This document shows positions 8,224 through 18,018 of a DNA stretch of 64,000 nt, in pieces. The position numbers were made by a program, and so were the translations under genes. The stretch is from Candidatus Krumholzibacteriia bacterium. Its GTDB lineage: Bacteria > Krumholzibacteriota > Krumholzibacteriia > LZORAL124-64-63. The DNA is taken from the NCBI GenBank assembly GCA_036351155.1, contig JAZBOO010000163.1, forward strand, positions 1-64,000, in the 5' to 3' direction. Within the stretch, counting starts at the first letter, position 1, and every line of letters starts with the position of its first letter. Under the pieces are notes generated by a model, which did no database searches, had not been told where the DNA came from, and was given only the letters and a program-made list of their open reading frames with translations.

Positions 8224-10098
8224 GTGCAGCTGGAAATGGGTTTTATTCCCCCCGAAAACGTTGGCGTGTTCAGTGGTCGCCCCTGGTTGGCCGCCCTTGA
8301 TGTGCCCAGCGATCTGGTGGCGGAAATCCGGCGCAAGGTCCCCCTTCACTTCTCCGTGTCCGATTCCCTGCTGGAAATCCTGGCCGGGCGTGGGGTGACG
8401 GCCGGCCGTGAGCTGGAGCGGTTCTTCTACCCTTCCCTGGATCAGCTCCACGATCCCTTTGAACTGCGGGAAATGGATCTGGCCATCGACCGGGTGGTCC
8501 AGGCCATACGCAACCGTGAACGGGTGGCCGTGCACGGGGATTTCGATGTGGACGGCCTGACCGGCTGCGCCCTGCTGTGCGAAACCCTGGAGGCTGCTCA
8601 GCTGGATGGGGCGCGCCTGACCACCGAGCCGGGGTTTGTTCCGGACCGTGCCCAGGACGGATACGGCGTGGCCGAGCGCATGGTCCGCCACTGGGGCAAG
8701 CAGGGTGTGACCCTGCTGATCACCGTGGACACCGGAGCCGCCGCCCTCAAGGAAATCAATCTGGCGCGTGATCTGGGCATGGACGTGGTGGTTCTCGATC
8801 ACCACATCTTCGATGAACGCCCCGCCGCCGTGGCTCTGGTCAATCCGCGCCGAGATGATGCCACCTATCCCAACAACGAGCTGTGTGGGGTGGCCGTGGC
8901 CTTCAAGTTTGCCCAGGCCCTCAAGCTGCGGGAACCCACCAGCCTGCCCGATGACTTCCTGGCCGGTGTCCTGGACCTGGTGGCCCTGGGACTGGTGGCC
9001 GATCAGATGGCTTTGGTGGGGGAGAACCGGATCCTGGTCAAGAAGGGTCTGGAACGTTTCAATGACCGTGGCCTCATCCGACCCGGTCTGGCGGCCCTGT
9101 TGACCGTGGCCGGGCTGGACCGGGGATTTCCGGTGACCACCGGCGATTTTGCCTACCAGCTGGCTCCCCGGATCAACGCCTGCGGGCGTATCGGGCGGGT
9201 CATGTCGGCCCTGGAGCTCTTGTTGACCCGGGACCCGAACCGGGCCCGCGAGCTGGCGGCCGAGGCCGACCGCACCAACAACCGCCGAAAGGAACAGGAC
9301 CTCCTGCTCAAGGAAGAGGCCATCGCCCTGGCGCTGCCCTACGTCGAGCGCGGAGATCCCGGTCTGGTTCTTTCTTCCAGGACCTGGCACAAGGGCATCA
9401 TCGGGATCGGGGCGGCGCGTCTGGTGGAGCAGTATCAGCTGCCTGTCATCCTGATTTCCATCGAGGGCGGGGAAGCGCGCGGGTCGGCCCGCAGTATTCC
9501 CAGCGTGGATGTGAAATGTGTCCTGGACGAGTGCAGCGAGTTCCTGATCAGGCACGGTGGACACGCCCAGGCCGCCGGCATGACCTTGCGCGAGCGGGAT
9601 ATTCCCGCCTTTCGTGAAGCCTTCCTGACCGCCCTGCGAGCCCAGCCCCAGAGCGGACCCGTGCCCGAGGCCTATGACCTGGACCTTTGCCTCCACGAGC
9701 TGGGAGCCAAGGATGTGGCGGGGCTGGTGCAGGAACTGGAACATCTCGAGCCGTTTGGTTCCGGGAATCGCAAGCCGGTGTTCCGCTGCTCCAATGTCCA
9801 GCTGCAACGTCCGCCCACCCAGCTCAGCGGTGGAGCCCATCTGCGCTTTGCTTTCCGTGGTCCGGCCCGGCCTCAGGGCGATGATACTCCGGCCCTCAGC
9901 CGCGAATTCGTCTCCTTCGGCTGCGGCGATGCCTGGCGGCGCATGCTGGAACGGGAACAGCTCGACGCCCGCGACCTGCTGCAACGACGCTGGGATATTC
10001 TCTTCCAGATCGGCAGAAGCACTTTCCGCCCACGGCACGGTGGGTTCGACCCTGTCCAGCAGCTTCTGGTGGACATTCGCCCGGCGGTCGATCCGTGA
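8224..10098 (+). CDS. recJ: Single-stranded-DNA-specific exonuclease RecJ
   Basis: GDFDVDG, ITVDTG, DHH, LCGVAVAFK, APRINACGR and GGHAQAAG motifs. Confidence 0.95.
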   Translation: MQLEMGFIPPENVGVFSGRPWLAALDVPSDLVAEIRRKVPLHFSVSDSLLEILAGRGVTAGRELERFFYPSLDQLHDPFELREMDLAIDRVVQAIRNRERVAVHGDFDVDGLTGCALLCETLEAAQLDGARLTTEPGFVPDRAQDGYGVAERMVRHWGKQGVTLLITVDTGAAALKEINLARDLGMDVVVLDHHIFDERPAAVALVNPRRDDATYPNNELCGVAVAFKFAQALKLREPTSLPDDFLAGVLDLVALGLVADQMALVGENRILVKKGLERFNDRGLIRPGLAALLTVAGLDRGFPVTTGDFAYQLAPRINACGRIGRVMSALELLLTRDPNRARELAAEADRTNNRRKEQDLLLKEEAIALALPYVERGDPGLVLSSRTWHKGIIGIGAARLVEQYQLPVILISIEGGEARGSARSIPSVDVKCVLDECSEFLIRHGGHAQAAGMTLRERDIPAFREAFLTALRAQPQSGPVPEAYDLDLCLHELGAKDVAGLVQELEHLEPFGSGNRKPVFRCSNVQLQRPPTQLSGGAHLRFAFRGPARPQGDDTPALSREFVSFGCGDAWRRMLEREQLDARDLLQRRWDILFQIGRSTFRPRHGGFDPVQQLLVDIRPAVDP

Positions 10099-12287
10099 GC
10101 CGCGCTGGGAGCACGGGTCACACCGTCGACCTCCCGGCAATGATGGAGGACATCTGGTCCCGGGTGCAGAGGTACAACCCCCAGGCGGACAAAGAACGGC
10201 TGTGGGAAGGATACAACTTCGCCCTGCAGGCCCATGCCCATCAAACCCGCAAGAGCGGGGAACCCTTCTTCATGCACGCCATGACGGTGGCCAGCATCCT
10301 GACCGACCTGCGCCTCGATGTGGACACCCTGATCGCGGCCATGGTCCACGACGTGGTGGAGGATACCGAATACACGCTTGAAGATATCGACCAGCGTTTC
10401 GGCGGCGAAGTGGCCAACATGGTCGACGGCGTGACCAAGATCAGCGGGCTGTACAACGTCAACAAGGAAGCCCGCAAGGCCGAGACCTACCGGAAGCTGG
10501 TCCTGGCCATCGCCCGGGACCCGCGCACCATCCTGATCAAGCTGGCCGACCGCCTGCACAACATGCGGACCATCGAGTTCCTGGCCAAGGACCGACAGGT
10601 TGACATCGCCCAGGAAACCATGGATGTCTATATCCCCTTCGCCCATCGTTTCGGGATTGCCCGGATCAAGTGGGAGCTGGAGGACCTGGCCTTCAAGATC
10701 CTGGACCCGGGGGCCTACTTCGAGGTCGAGCGCGGGATCAACCAGACCCGTGACGAGCGGGAACGCATCATCGACAAGCTTCTTCTGCCCTTGCAGGCCA
10801 AGATGAAGGAGGCCGGGATTGCCTGCGGGATCAGCGGGCGCCCCAAGCACTTCTATTCCATCTACCGTAAAATGCAGGACCAGGACATCAGCCTGGACCG
10901 CGTTTACGATCTGCTGGCCTTGCGCATCATCGTGGCCAACAAGGCCGACTGCTACCATGCTCTGGGCGTACTGCACACGCTGTTTCCGCCGCTGGCCGAC
11001 CGCATCAAGGACTACATCGCCACGCCCAAGCCCAACATGTACCAGTCCATCCATTCGACGGTGCGCACCCCCGGGGGCAAGTACATCGAGGTGCAGATCC
11101 GCACCGAGAAGATGCACGAACAGGCCGAGCTGGGGATCGCGGCCCACTGGCGTTACAAGGAAGGCGGCGGTTCGGGCAAGGGCAACCTGGACCAGATGGT
11201 GGCCATGCTGCGGCAGATCATGGCCTGGCAGGAGGACGTGTCGGATCCGCGGGAATTCATGGAGACCTTGAAGGTCGACTTCCTGCGGGACGAGGTATTC
11301 GTGTTCAGCCCCGGCGGCGACGTGTTCGAGCTGCCGGTGGGGGCCACGCCGCTGGACTTCGCCTTTGCCATCCACAGCGAGGTGGGATTCCGCTGCACGG
11401 GGGCCAAGGTCAACGGGCGCATTGCCAGTCTGCGCTCGGAACTGGGCAACGGCGACACGGTGGAAATCCTGACCAGCAAGCTGCCCAATCCCAGCGCCAG
11501 CTGGATGGAAATCGTCAAGACCAGCCGGGCCAAGCACCACATCCGCCGCTGGATCCGCACCAGCCAGTTCGAAGAAAGCGTGAAGCTGGGGCGGGAAATT
11601 CTGGAACGCGAACTGCGCCGGGCCCACCTGCGAGTCAAGATCGACACCGACCTGGTCGAGGTGGCGCAGGAGCTGGGCTACGCCGAGCTGGACAAGTTGC
11701 TGGCGGCGGTGGGCCGCGGCGATGTTTCCCACGGGAAGGTGGTCAGCCGGGTGACCCCTCCGCCCGAGTCGGCGGCCGAAAAAGTGATCGCTCGTGGGCG
11801 GGACCTTTACGATTCACTGCTGCGCCGATCGTCCACTGGCGTGCGGGTAGCCGGGGTGGACAACCTGATGGTTTCCTTCGCCCGCTGCTGTCAGCCCATT
11901 CCCGGAGACTCCATCGTGGGAGTGGTCACCCGCGGCCGCGGCGTGTCGGTCCACCGCAACGGCTGCACCAACCTGAACGATCCGAACCTGGGTCCGGAAC
12001 GTCTCATCGACGTGACCTGGGATGTGGCTCCCGAGCAAACCTTCCTGGTCAAGCTGATCATCATGGCCAGTGACCGGAAGAACCTGCTGATGGACATCAG
12101 CAAGGTGCTCGATCTGACCAACACGAACATCCAGAGCGGCGAGTTCATCGCCGAGCATGAACTGGCCACCGTCACCCTGGTGGTTGAGGTGCGCAATCTG
12201 AACAAGCTGGAACAGATCCTGGCCGCCGTGCGCAAGGTCAAGGGTGTCCAGCAGATCGAACGCTACCAGCTGGGGCACCAGGCCTGA
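10095..12287 (+). CDS. relA: Bifunctional (p)ppGpp synthetase/hydrolase (long RSH)
   Basis: HD domain (HDVVED, KLADRLHNMRT), synthetase motifs (RPKHFYSIYRK, RIKD, YQSIH, EVQIRT), TGS, CC and ACT domains. Confidence 0.96.
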   Translation: MSRAGSTGHTVDLPAMMEDIWSRVQRYNPQADKERLWEGYNFALQAHAHQTRKSGEPFFMHAMTVASILTDLRLDVDTLIAAMVHDVVEDTEYTLEDIDQRFGGEVANMVDGVTKISGLYNVNKEARKAETYRKLVLAIARDPRTILIKLADRLHNMRTIEFLAKDRQVDIAQETMDVYIPFAHRFGIARIKWELEDLAFKILDPGAYFEVERGINQTRDERERIIDKLLLPLQAKMKEAGIACGISGRPKHFYSIYRKMQDQDISLDRVYDLLALRIIVANKADCYHALGVLHTLFPPLADRIKDYIATPKPNMYQSIHSTVRTPGGKYIEVQIRTEKMHEQAELGIAAHWRYKEGGGSGKGNLDQMVAMLRQIMAWQEDVSDPREFMETLKVDFLRDEVFVFSPGGDVFELPVGATPLDFAFAIHSEVGFRCTGAKVNGRIASLRSELGNGDTVEILTSKLPNPSASWMEIVKTSRAKHHIRRWIRTSQFEESVKLGREILERELRRAHLRVKIDTDLVEVAQELGYAELDKLLAAVGRGDVSHGKVVSRVTPPPESAAEKVIARGRDLYDSLLRRSSTGVRVAGVDNLMVSFARCCQPIPGDSIVGVVTRGRGVSVHRNGCTNLNDPNLGPERLIDVTWDVAPEQTFLVKLIIMASDRKNLLMDISKVLDLTNTNIQSGEFIAEHELATVTLVVEVRNLNKLEQILAAVRKVKGVQQIERYQLGHQA

Positions 12288-12305
12288 CCCTGATCCGGAG
12301 GCATC

Positions 12306-12776
12306 ATGCGCTGCGTGATTCAAAGAAGCGGACCCGCGCGGGTGACCGTGGGGGACCGGGTGACCGGGTCCATCGCAAGAGGGCTGGTGGTGCTGGTCGC
12401 CTTTCAGCCCGGGGATACGGCGCGCGAGCTGGCCTGGATGGCCCACAAGCTGCCCCGCCTGCGGATTTTTCGGGATAGCCAGGACAAGATGAACTGTTCC
12501 CTGCTGGATGTGGGCGGAGAGCTCCTCCTGGTCAGCCAGTTCACACTGTACGGCGATTGCCGCAAGGGCATGCGCCCGGGCTTCACCGGCAGTGCTCCGG
12601 GCGACCAGGCGCGCGGTCTTTACCTGCAGTTCGGGAAAATGCTCAGGGACGAAGGTCTGGTGGTGGCCGAAGGGGAGTTCGGGGCCATGATGGAAGTTTC
12701 TCTGGTCAACGATGGCCCTGTTACTCTGATCCTGGACCGGGAAGCCCCTGACCCGGCACCGGAGGTTGCTCCTTGA
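12306..12776 (+). CDS. dtd: D-aminoacyl-tRNA deacylase
   Basis: VSQFTLYGD, FGAMM and NDGPVT motifs. Confidence 0.96.
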   Translation: MRCVIQRSGPARVTVGDRVTGSIARGLVVLVAFQPGDTARELAWMAHKLPRLRIFRDSQDKMNCSLLDVGGELLLVSQFTLYGDCRKGMRPGFTGSAPGDQARGLYLQFGKMLRDEGLVVAEGEFGAMMEVSLVNDGPVTLILDREAPDPAPEVAP

Positions 12777-13408
12777 CCGTCACCCCATTTGTACCCTGGC
12801 CCACGGGCCGTCAGCTGATCCTGGCTTCACGTTCACCGCGCCGGGCCCAGCTCCTTGAAATTGCCGGCCTCCCGCATCGGATAGAATTGCCCGGAGATGT
12901 GGAGCGGGAGCTTGCCGCCCGGCTCCTGGCCGAAGATGCCGAGCCTGGTCGGTATGCGGAGTTGCTGGCTGCGGCCAAGGCGAAGGATGTTTCCTCCCGT
13001 CTCCCCGACCAGCTGGTCCTCGGGGCCGATACAGTCGTGGTTCTGGACCGCCAGATCCTCGAAAAGCCCGTGGATGAGGCCGATGCCGAGCGTCTGCTGG
13101 GCCTCCTTTCGGGCAGGCGACACACCGTGATCACGGCCATCGCCCTGTTCGGCGGTCCCGCTGGCCGGGGGCTGGCAGCCCACGAAAGAACCGAGGTCGA
13201 TTTTCTGCCTTTGACACCCGGGTCCATCGCGGCCTATGTGCGTTCCGGGGAACCCATGGACAAGGCGGGAGCCTATGGTATCCAGGGTCTGGGAGCGCTC
13301 ATGGTCCAGGGTGTCCAGGGTTGCTATTTCAACGTCATGGGTCTGCCGCTGGCCCGCCTGGGAAGTATGCTGCGTCAGCTGCTCCCCGCACAGCATGGAG
13401 GTGCTTGA
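12773..13408 (+). CDS. maf: Maf family nucleoside triphosphate pyrophosphatase
   Basis: ILASRSPRR, GADTVV, DKAGAYGIQ and NVMGLP motifs. Confidence 0.95.
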   Translation: MTVTPFVPWPTGRQLILASRSPRRAQLLEIAGLPHRIELPGDVERELAARLLAEDAEPGRYAELLAAAKAKDVSSRLPDQLVLGADTVVVLDRQILEKPVDEADAERLLGLLSGRRHTVITAIALFGGPAGRGLAAHERTEVDFLPLTPGSIAAYVRSGEPMDKAGAYGIQGLGALMVQGVQGCYFNVMGLPLARLGSMLRQLLPAQHGGA

Positions 13409-14476
13409 ATGGGATCCCTGCCCTTTCCGTTTCCCGTTGTCCAGTGGGATGACAACCAGGTCGTCCTGATCGATCAGACTCTTCTGCCGGATCAGATCGC
13501 CTGGCGTCGTTGCGGAGATATCGACTCCCTGTGTCAGGCCATCTACGAGCTGGCCGTCCGCGGGGCCCCGGCCATCGGGTGTGCGGCCGGGTTTGGCCTG
13601 GCCATGTCCTGGCGACTGGGTTTGACCAGGAACGAGGACCTGGAAAAAATCCTGGAGGGTTTCCTGGCCGACGGTCGGCGCCTCGCGGCCACGCGGCCCA
13701 CCGCGGTCAATCTGTTCTGGGCGCTGGATCGGCTCACCCGCCTGGCCCGCGCCGAGGTGGGCCAGGGGACCGATGCCGAGGCCATCGCCGGTCTGCTGCT
13801 GGCCGAGGCCCGCGCCATCATGGCCGAGGATATTGCCATGTGTCGGGCCATGGGCCTGGCGGGACAGGAGCTGTTGCCTGATTTTTCCACCGTCCTGACC
13901 CACTGCAACGCCGGCGGACTGGCCACCGGAGGTTATGGCACAGCGGTGGGGGTGGTCTATGCCGCCCGCGAGATGGGCAAAACTCTGCGTGTCTTTGCCG
14001 ATGAAACCCGTCCCTTGCTGCAGGGGGGGCGCCTGACCGCCTGGGAACTGGTGAACCAGGGTATCGATGTCCAGGTCATCTGCGACTCGGCGGCAGCCAC
14101 CGTGCTGCGTCAGGGAAAGATAGATGCGGTCATCACCGGGGCCGACCGCATTGCAGCCAACGGAGATGCCGCCAACAAGATCGGCACCTACCCTCTGGCG
14201 GTTCTGGCCGATCGTCACGATGTGCCCTTCTACGTGGCCGCTCCGGCCTCCACCTTCGATCCCGCCACGCCGGACGGAGAGAGTATCGTGATCGAGGAGC
14301 GGGACCCGGCCGAGGTGCAGGAGTTCCGTGGTGTCCGGGTGGTTCCCGAGGGCGCCGGGGCCTGGAACCCGGCCTTCGACGTGACGCCGGCCGCCCTGAT
14401 CACCGCCTTCATCACGGAACACGGGGTGTTGCGCCCTCCCTTTGCGGACAGTCTGGAGCCTGTCCTGAGGCGATGA
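13409..14476 (+). CDS. mtnA: S-methyl-5-thioribose-1-phosphate isomerase
   Basis: VRGAPAIG, RPTAVNL, LTHCNAG, DETRPLLQG and NKIGT motifs. Confidence 0.95.
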   Translation: MGSLPFPFPVVQWDDNQVVLIDQTLLPDQIAWRRCGDIDSLCQAIYELAVRGAPAIGCAAGFGLAMSWRLGLTRNEDLEKILEGFLADGRRLAATRPTAVNLFWALDRLTRLARAEVGQGTDAEAIAGLLLAEARAIMAEDIAMCRAMGLAGQELLPDFSTVLTHCNAGGLATGGYGTAVGVVYAAREMGKTLRVFADETRPLLQGGRLTAWELVNQGIDVQVICDSAAATVLRQGKIDAVITGADRIAANGDAANKIGTYPLAVLADRHDVPFYVAAPASTFDPATPDGESIVIEERDPAEVQEFRGVRVVPEGAGAWNPAFDVTPAALITAFITEHGVLRPPFADSLEPVLRR

Positions 14477-14507
14477 CCAGCGATTCTACTTTGGCTCGAG
14501 GCTGAGT

Positions 14508-14918
14508 GTGATGTGCAGTATTCTCAGCAAGAGAGGCAAGATGAGGTCGAGGCAACGCCTGATATGGGGTCTGTGTATGGTCCAGGCGGTGCTGGCCCTG
14601 AGCTGCCGTATGGTGCAGGACATGGGATTCACCCCCATCGAGGCGGAAGATGGCTTGCAGGCGGTGGAGATCTACCGGCGGCGCGGGCAGGACATCCTGC
14701 TGACCATGATGGATTTGACCATGCCCGGACTGGACGGCAAGGAGGCCACCGAGGCCATCCGGATGATCGACCCTGCCGCCAGGGTGATTCTGGTCAGTGG
14801 ATACTCACGGGAGGATTCCGCGATTGTGCACGCCGTCCCTGGTCTGGATGGATTTCTCCAGAAACCTTTCTCCGCCGGCGATTTGCGACAGGCCATCAAT
14901 GCCATTCTGAGCCACTGA
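14508..14918 (+). CDS. Stand-alone response-regulator receiver domain with an atypical or truncated N-terminus
   Basis: AEDGLQAV, DLTMPGLDG, VSGY and FLQKPF present; the beta1 acidic pair is missing; start codon uncertain. Confidence 0.6.
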   Translation: MMCSILSKRGKMRSRQRLIWGLCMVQAVLALSCRMVQDMGFTPIEAEDGLQAVEIYRRRGQDILLTMMDLTMPGLDGKEATEAIRMIDPAARVILVSGYSREDSAIVHAVPGLDGFLQKPFSAGDLRQAINAILSH

Positions 14919-14935
14919 GACCCATTTGACCTTTC

Positions 14936-14964
14936 TTGACAAACATCTTGCATTGGACTAATTT
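14936..14964 (+). promoter_or_regulatory. sigma70 promoter upstream of rplM
   Basis: TTGACA-N17-TAATTT. Confidence 0.6.
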
Positions 14965-15192
14965 ACTCCTCCTGCGAAGGCCGGAATACCCGATTTTTTC
15001 GGTGCGCACTACGGTGCGGAAACGCCTGTGTTTTTGTGGAAATCCTGGCGTTTTTCCTTGCAGCACAAAGATTTAACCTAATCTGTCGCAAACGGTAGGG
15101 GCCGTCAGGCCAGCGTGTGTGCGATGGCTGTTTTTGTGAATGGCAGGTCACCAGGTAACGGCCCGGCCGTTTCTCGAGGAGAATTTTTTATC

Positions 15193-15630
15193 ATGAAGCC
15201 CGTGAAGACCTACAGCATGAAGCTGGATGAGATCGCCAAAGACTGGCTGGTCATCGATGCCGAGGACGTCGTCCTCGGTAGGCTGGCGACCCAGGTGGCC
15301 ACCTTCCTGAGGGGCAAGCACAAGCCCACCTTTACGGCTCACCTGGACATGGGAGACAACGTCATCGTTGTCAACGCCGCCAAGGTGAAGCTGACCGGCC
15401 TGAAGCTGGAGAAGAAAGTGTACCTGCACCACACCGGGTACATGGGTGGCCAGCGCGTCACTCCCATGAAGAAACTCATGGAAAACCGTCCCGAGGAAGT
15501 CATTCTCCGTGCGGTCAAGGGCATGCTGCCCAAGACCCGTCTCGGTCGTGCCCAGTTGACCAACCTGCGGGTTTACGCGGGTGCCGAGCACCCCCACAGT
15601 GCCCAGCAGCCCAAGGTCGTGGAACTGTAA
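15193..15630 (+). CDS. rplM: 50S ribosomal protein L13
   Basis: WLVIDA, LGRLAT, LRGKHKPTF and VKGMLPK motifs. Confidence 0.98.
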   Translation: MKPVKTYSMKLDEIAKDWLVIDAEDVVLGRLATQVATFLRGKHKPTFTAHLDMGDNVIVVNAAKVKLTGLKLEKKVYLHHTGYMGGQRVTPMKKLMENRPEEVILRAVKGMLPKTRLGRAQLTNLRVYAGAEHPHSAQQPKVVEL

Positions 15631-15682
15631 TCAGCCGCTTTTCGGCTTGTTTTGACGCCCCTGGCGGGGCACATCCGGAGGT

Positions 15683-16075
15683 TTGAAGTTGGAAGAGCGG
15701 TATTACGCCACAGGACGACGCAAGACGGCCGTGGCCCGTGTCTGGATCACCCAGGGCACCGGTCAGATCAAGGTCAACAATCGTGAAGTCATGGAATATT
15801 TCGGAGAAGCGGTCCGGCAGCAGGCCCTCATGCCTCTGACCAACCTGGGTGTCGAGGGCGACTTCGACATCTGGTGCACGGTCAAGGGCGGCGGCATCAC
15901 CGGTCAGGCCGGCGCCCTGCGTCACGGTCTGGCCCGCGCCCTGGTCGTGGCCAACGAAGAGTTCCGTAACCCCCTGCGCAAGCACGGTTTCCTGACCCGC
16001 GACTCCCGTATGGTGGAGCGCAAGAAGTACGGTCAGCCCGGCGCCCGCAAGCGGTTCCAGTTCTCCAAGCGCTAA
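15683..16075 (+). CDS. rpsI: 30S ribosomal protein S9
   Basis: TGRRKTAVARV, GGGITGQAGA and C-terminal ERKKYGQPGARKRFQFSKR. Confidence 0.98.
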   Translation: MKLEERYYATGRRKTAVARVWITQGTGQIKVNNREVMEYFGEAVRQQALMPLTNLGVEGDFDIWCTVKGGGITGQAGALRHGLARALVVANEEFRNPLRKHGFLTRDSRMVERKKYGQPGARKRFQFSKR

Positions 16076-16143
16076 ACCGCGTTTGGGAATATTGTCTCGG
16101 CCGGTATTGCCGGCCGGGACAGCAGCCTGGCTTGTCCGGGCAT

Positions 16144-16245
16144 ATTACACACCCGGTCGGAGATGCGGGATTTGGTGGCACCTGTTGCAATCATCTCGTG
16201 GTGTTTATCCCGACTCGTTGATGACCGGGGAGGCTCAACCTTGTT
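16144..16245 (+). promoter_or_regulatory. rpsB (S2) 5' leader RNA
   Basis: TACACACCCGGTC...GACCGGGGAGGCTCAACC long stem with ACAC and GGAGG/AACC flanks, as in S2 autoregulatory leaders. Confidence 0.55.
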
Positions 16246-16260
16246 AATCGGAGGATCATC

Positions 16261-17121
16261 ATGGCGAAAGTCGGATTGAAAGACCTGCTGGAAGCTGGCG
16301 TCCACTTCGGACACCAGACGCGCAAGTGGAACCCCAAGATGAAGCCGTACATCTTCATCGCCCGGGGTGGCATCTACATCATCGATCTTCAGCGGACCCT
16401 GCGGAACCTGAACAAGGCCAGCAAGTTCCTCGAGACCGTGGGCGCCAAGGGCGGCTCGGTTCTGTTCGTGGGAACCAAGAAGCAGGCCAAGGTGGCCATC
16501 AAGGAGTTCGCCGATCGCGTGGACATGCCCTACGTGACCGAGCGCTGGCTCGGCGGTATGCTGACCAACCACCAGACCATCTACAAGAGTGTCCAGAAGC
16601 TCGAAGAGATCGAGGCCATGATGAACGATGGCCGTATCGAGAACTTCTCCAAGAAGGAGCAGCTGGAATTCAGCCGCAAGTTCGAGAAGCTGAACACCAA
16701 CCTCGGCGGCATCCGGAACATGAAGGGCCTGCCCAGCGCCGTGTTCGTCGTCGATACCGCCGAAGAGGAAACCGCCGTGCGCGAGGCCAAGAAGCTGGGC
16801 ATCCCGGTCATCGGCATCGTCGACACCAACTGCGATCCCACGCTGGTGGACTTCCCCATTCCGGGTAACGATGACGCCATTCGCGCCATCACGCTGTTCA
16901 CCCGGGTTGTGGCCGAGTCCATCGAAGAGGGTCGGAAGATGCGCGGCGAGGGTGTGGACAAGGCCATGGAAAAGGGCGTGGACATGGCGGCCCCCAAGAA
17001 GGCGGCCACCGCGGCCAGCGCCACTCTCGACGGAGAGGCCAGCAAGGTGGAACCCGCTCCTGCGGCCGCCAAGGCTGCCGAGGGAAAAACTGCCGAGGGT
17101 GAGGACAAGCCTGCCAGCTGA
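16261..17121 (+). CDS. rpsB: 30S ribosomal protein S2
   Basis: LLEAGVHFGHQTRKWNPKM, RWLGGMLTN and PGNDDAIRAI motifs. Confidence 0.98.
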   Translation: MAKVGLKDLLEAGVHFGHQTRKWNPKMKPYIFIARGGIYIIDLQRTLRNLNKASKFLETVGAKGGSVLFVGTKKQAKVAIKEFADRVDMPYVTERWLGGMLTNHQTIYKSVQKLEEIEAMMNDGRIENFSKKEQLEFSRKFEKLNTNLGGIRNMKGLPSAVFVVDTAEEETAVREAKKLGIPVIGIVDTNCDPTLVDFPIPGNDDAIRAITLFTRVVAESIEEGRKMRGEGVDKAMEKGVDMAAPKKAATAASATLDGEASKVEPAPAAAKAAEGKTAEGEDKPAS

Positions 17122-17291
17122 GGCGCGGGTTTGGTCCCAAGCAGGGATAATCAACAGGCCGGAGCTGGTGCTTCCGCTCCGGCCATGTGATAGAGCCAGT
17201 GGAACAATCGAGTAAAAATTTCAAGTGACCGGCCCTGCGGCTGGTCCCACACTCCCGCCCCAGAACACCGGCGGGAGACTCTGGAGGAGTC

Positions 17292-17885
17292 ATGGAAATC
17301 ACCGCCAAGATGGTCAAGGAACTGCGTGAATCCACAGGCGCGGGCATGATGGATTGCAAGAAGGCCCTCAAGGAGTGCGAGGGCGACATGGAGAAGTCGG
17401 TCGAGTTCCTGCGCAAGAAGGGCATCGCTTCGGCTTCCAAGAAGGAAGGCCGTGCCACCAGCCAGGGAATCGTTGGCAGCTACATCCACATGGGTGGCAA
17501 GGTGGGCGTCCTGATCGAGGTGGCCTGCGAAACCGACTTCGTGGCCCGCACCGACAACTTCCAGGAATTCGTGCACAACGTGGCCATGCACATCGCCGCG
17601 GCCAGCCCCGTGGCCGTCACCCGTGAAGAGGTCGATCCTACTCTCATCGACAAGGAGAAGGAGATCTACCGCGGCCAGATGGAAGAGCAGGGCAAGCCGG
17701 CCGAGATCATCGAGAAGATCGTCGGCGGCAAGGTGGACAAGTACTACAGCGAAATCGTCCTGATGGAGCAGAAGTACGTCAAGGATCCCGACATCACCAT
17801 CGAGGACTACCTCAAGTCCATCATCGGTGAACTGGGTGAGAACATGCAGATCAAGCGCTTCACGCGCTATCAGATCGGCGGATAG
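17292..17885 (+). CDS. tsf: Elongation factor Ts (short form)
   Basis: VKELRESTGAGMMDCKKAL and ETDFVAR motifs. Confidence 0.97.
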   Translation: MEITAKMVKELRESTGAGMMDCKKALKECEGDMEKSVEFLRKKGIASASKKEGRATSQGIVGSYIHMGGKVGVLIEVACETDFVARTDNFQEFVHNVAMHIAAASPVAVTREEVDPTLIDKEKEIYRGQMEEQGKPAEIIEKIVGGKVDKYYSEIVLMEQKYVKDPDITIEDYLKSIIGELGENMQIKRFTRYQIGG

Positions 17886-17896
17886 TTTCCGCTGAC

Positions 17897-17932
17897 AAGG
17901 GGCCCGGGCGACTTCAGCCCGGGCCTTTTTTT
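17897..17932 (+). terminator. Intrinsic terminator after tsf
   Basis: GGCCCGGGC...GCCCGGGCC hairpin followed by a T run. Confidence 0.8.
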
Positions 17933-18018
17933 CACCATGTACAATCCTGACGGTTTTGCGTTAGATTGGGGGCGAGCCCGGCCCCGGTCCGTGGTCTCCA
18001 GAAGTATGCTCCGAATCG

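Noticed and set aside
7583..8300. Short ORFs overlapping 7742-8122
   Set aside because: This region is the RNase P RNA gene
8107..11732. Long antisense ORFs (677 aa and 619 aa) opposite recJ/relA; similarly 24436-26484, 29745-32339, 38904-40691, 48079-50409 and 50532-52547
   Set aside because: Shadow ORFs caused by high-GC codon bias on the strand opposite well-supported genes; they carry no family motifs
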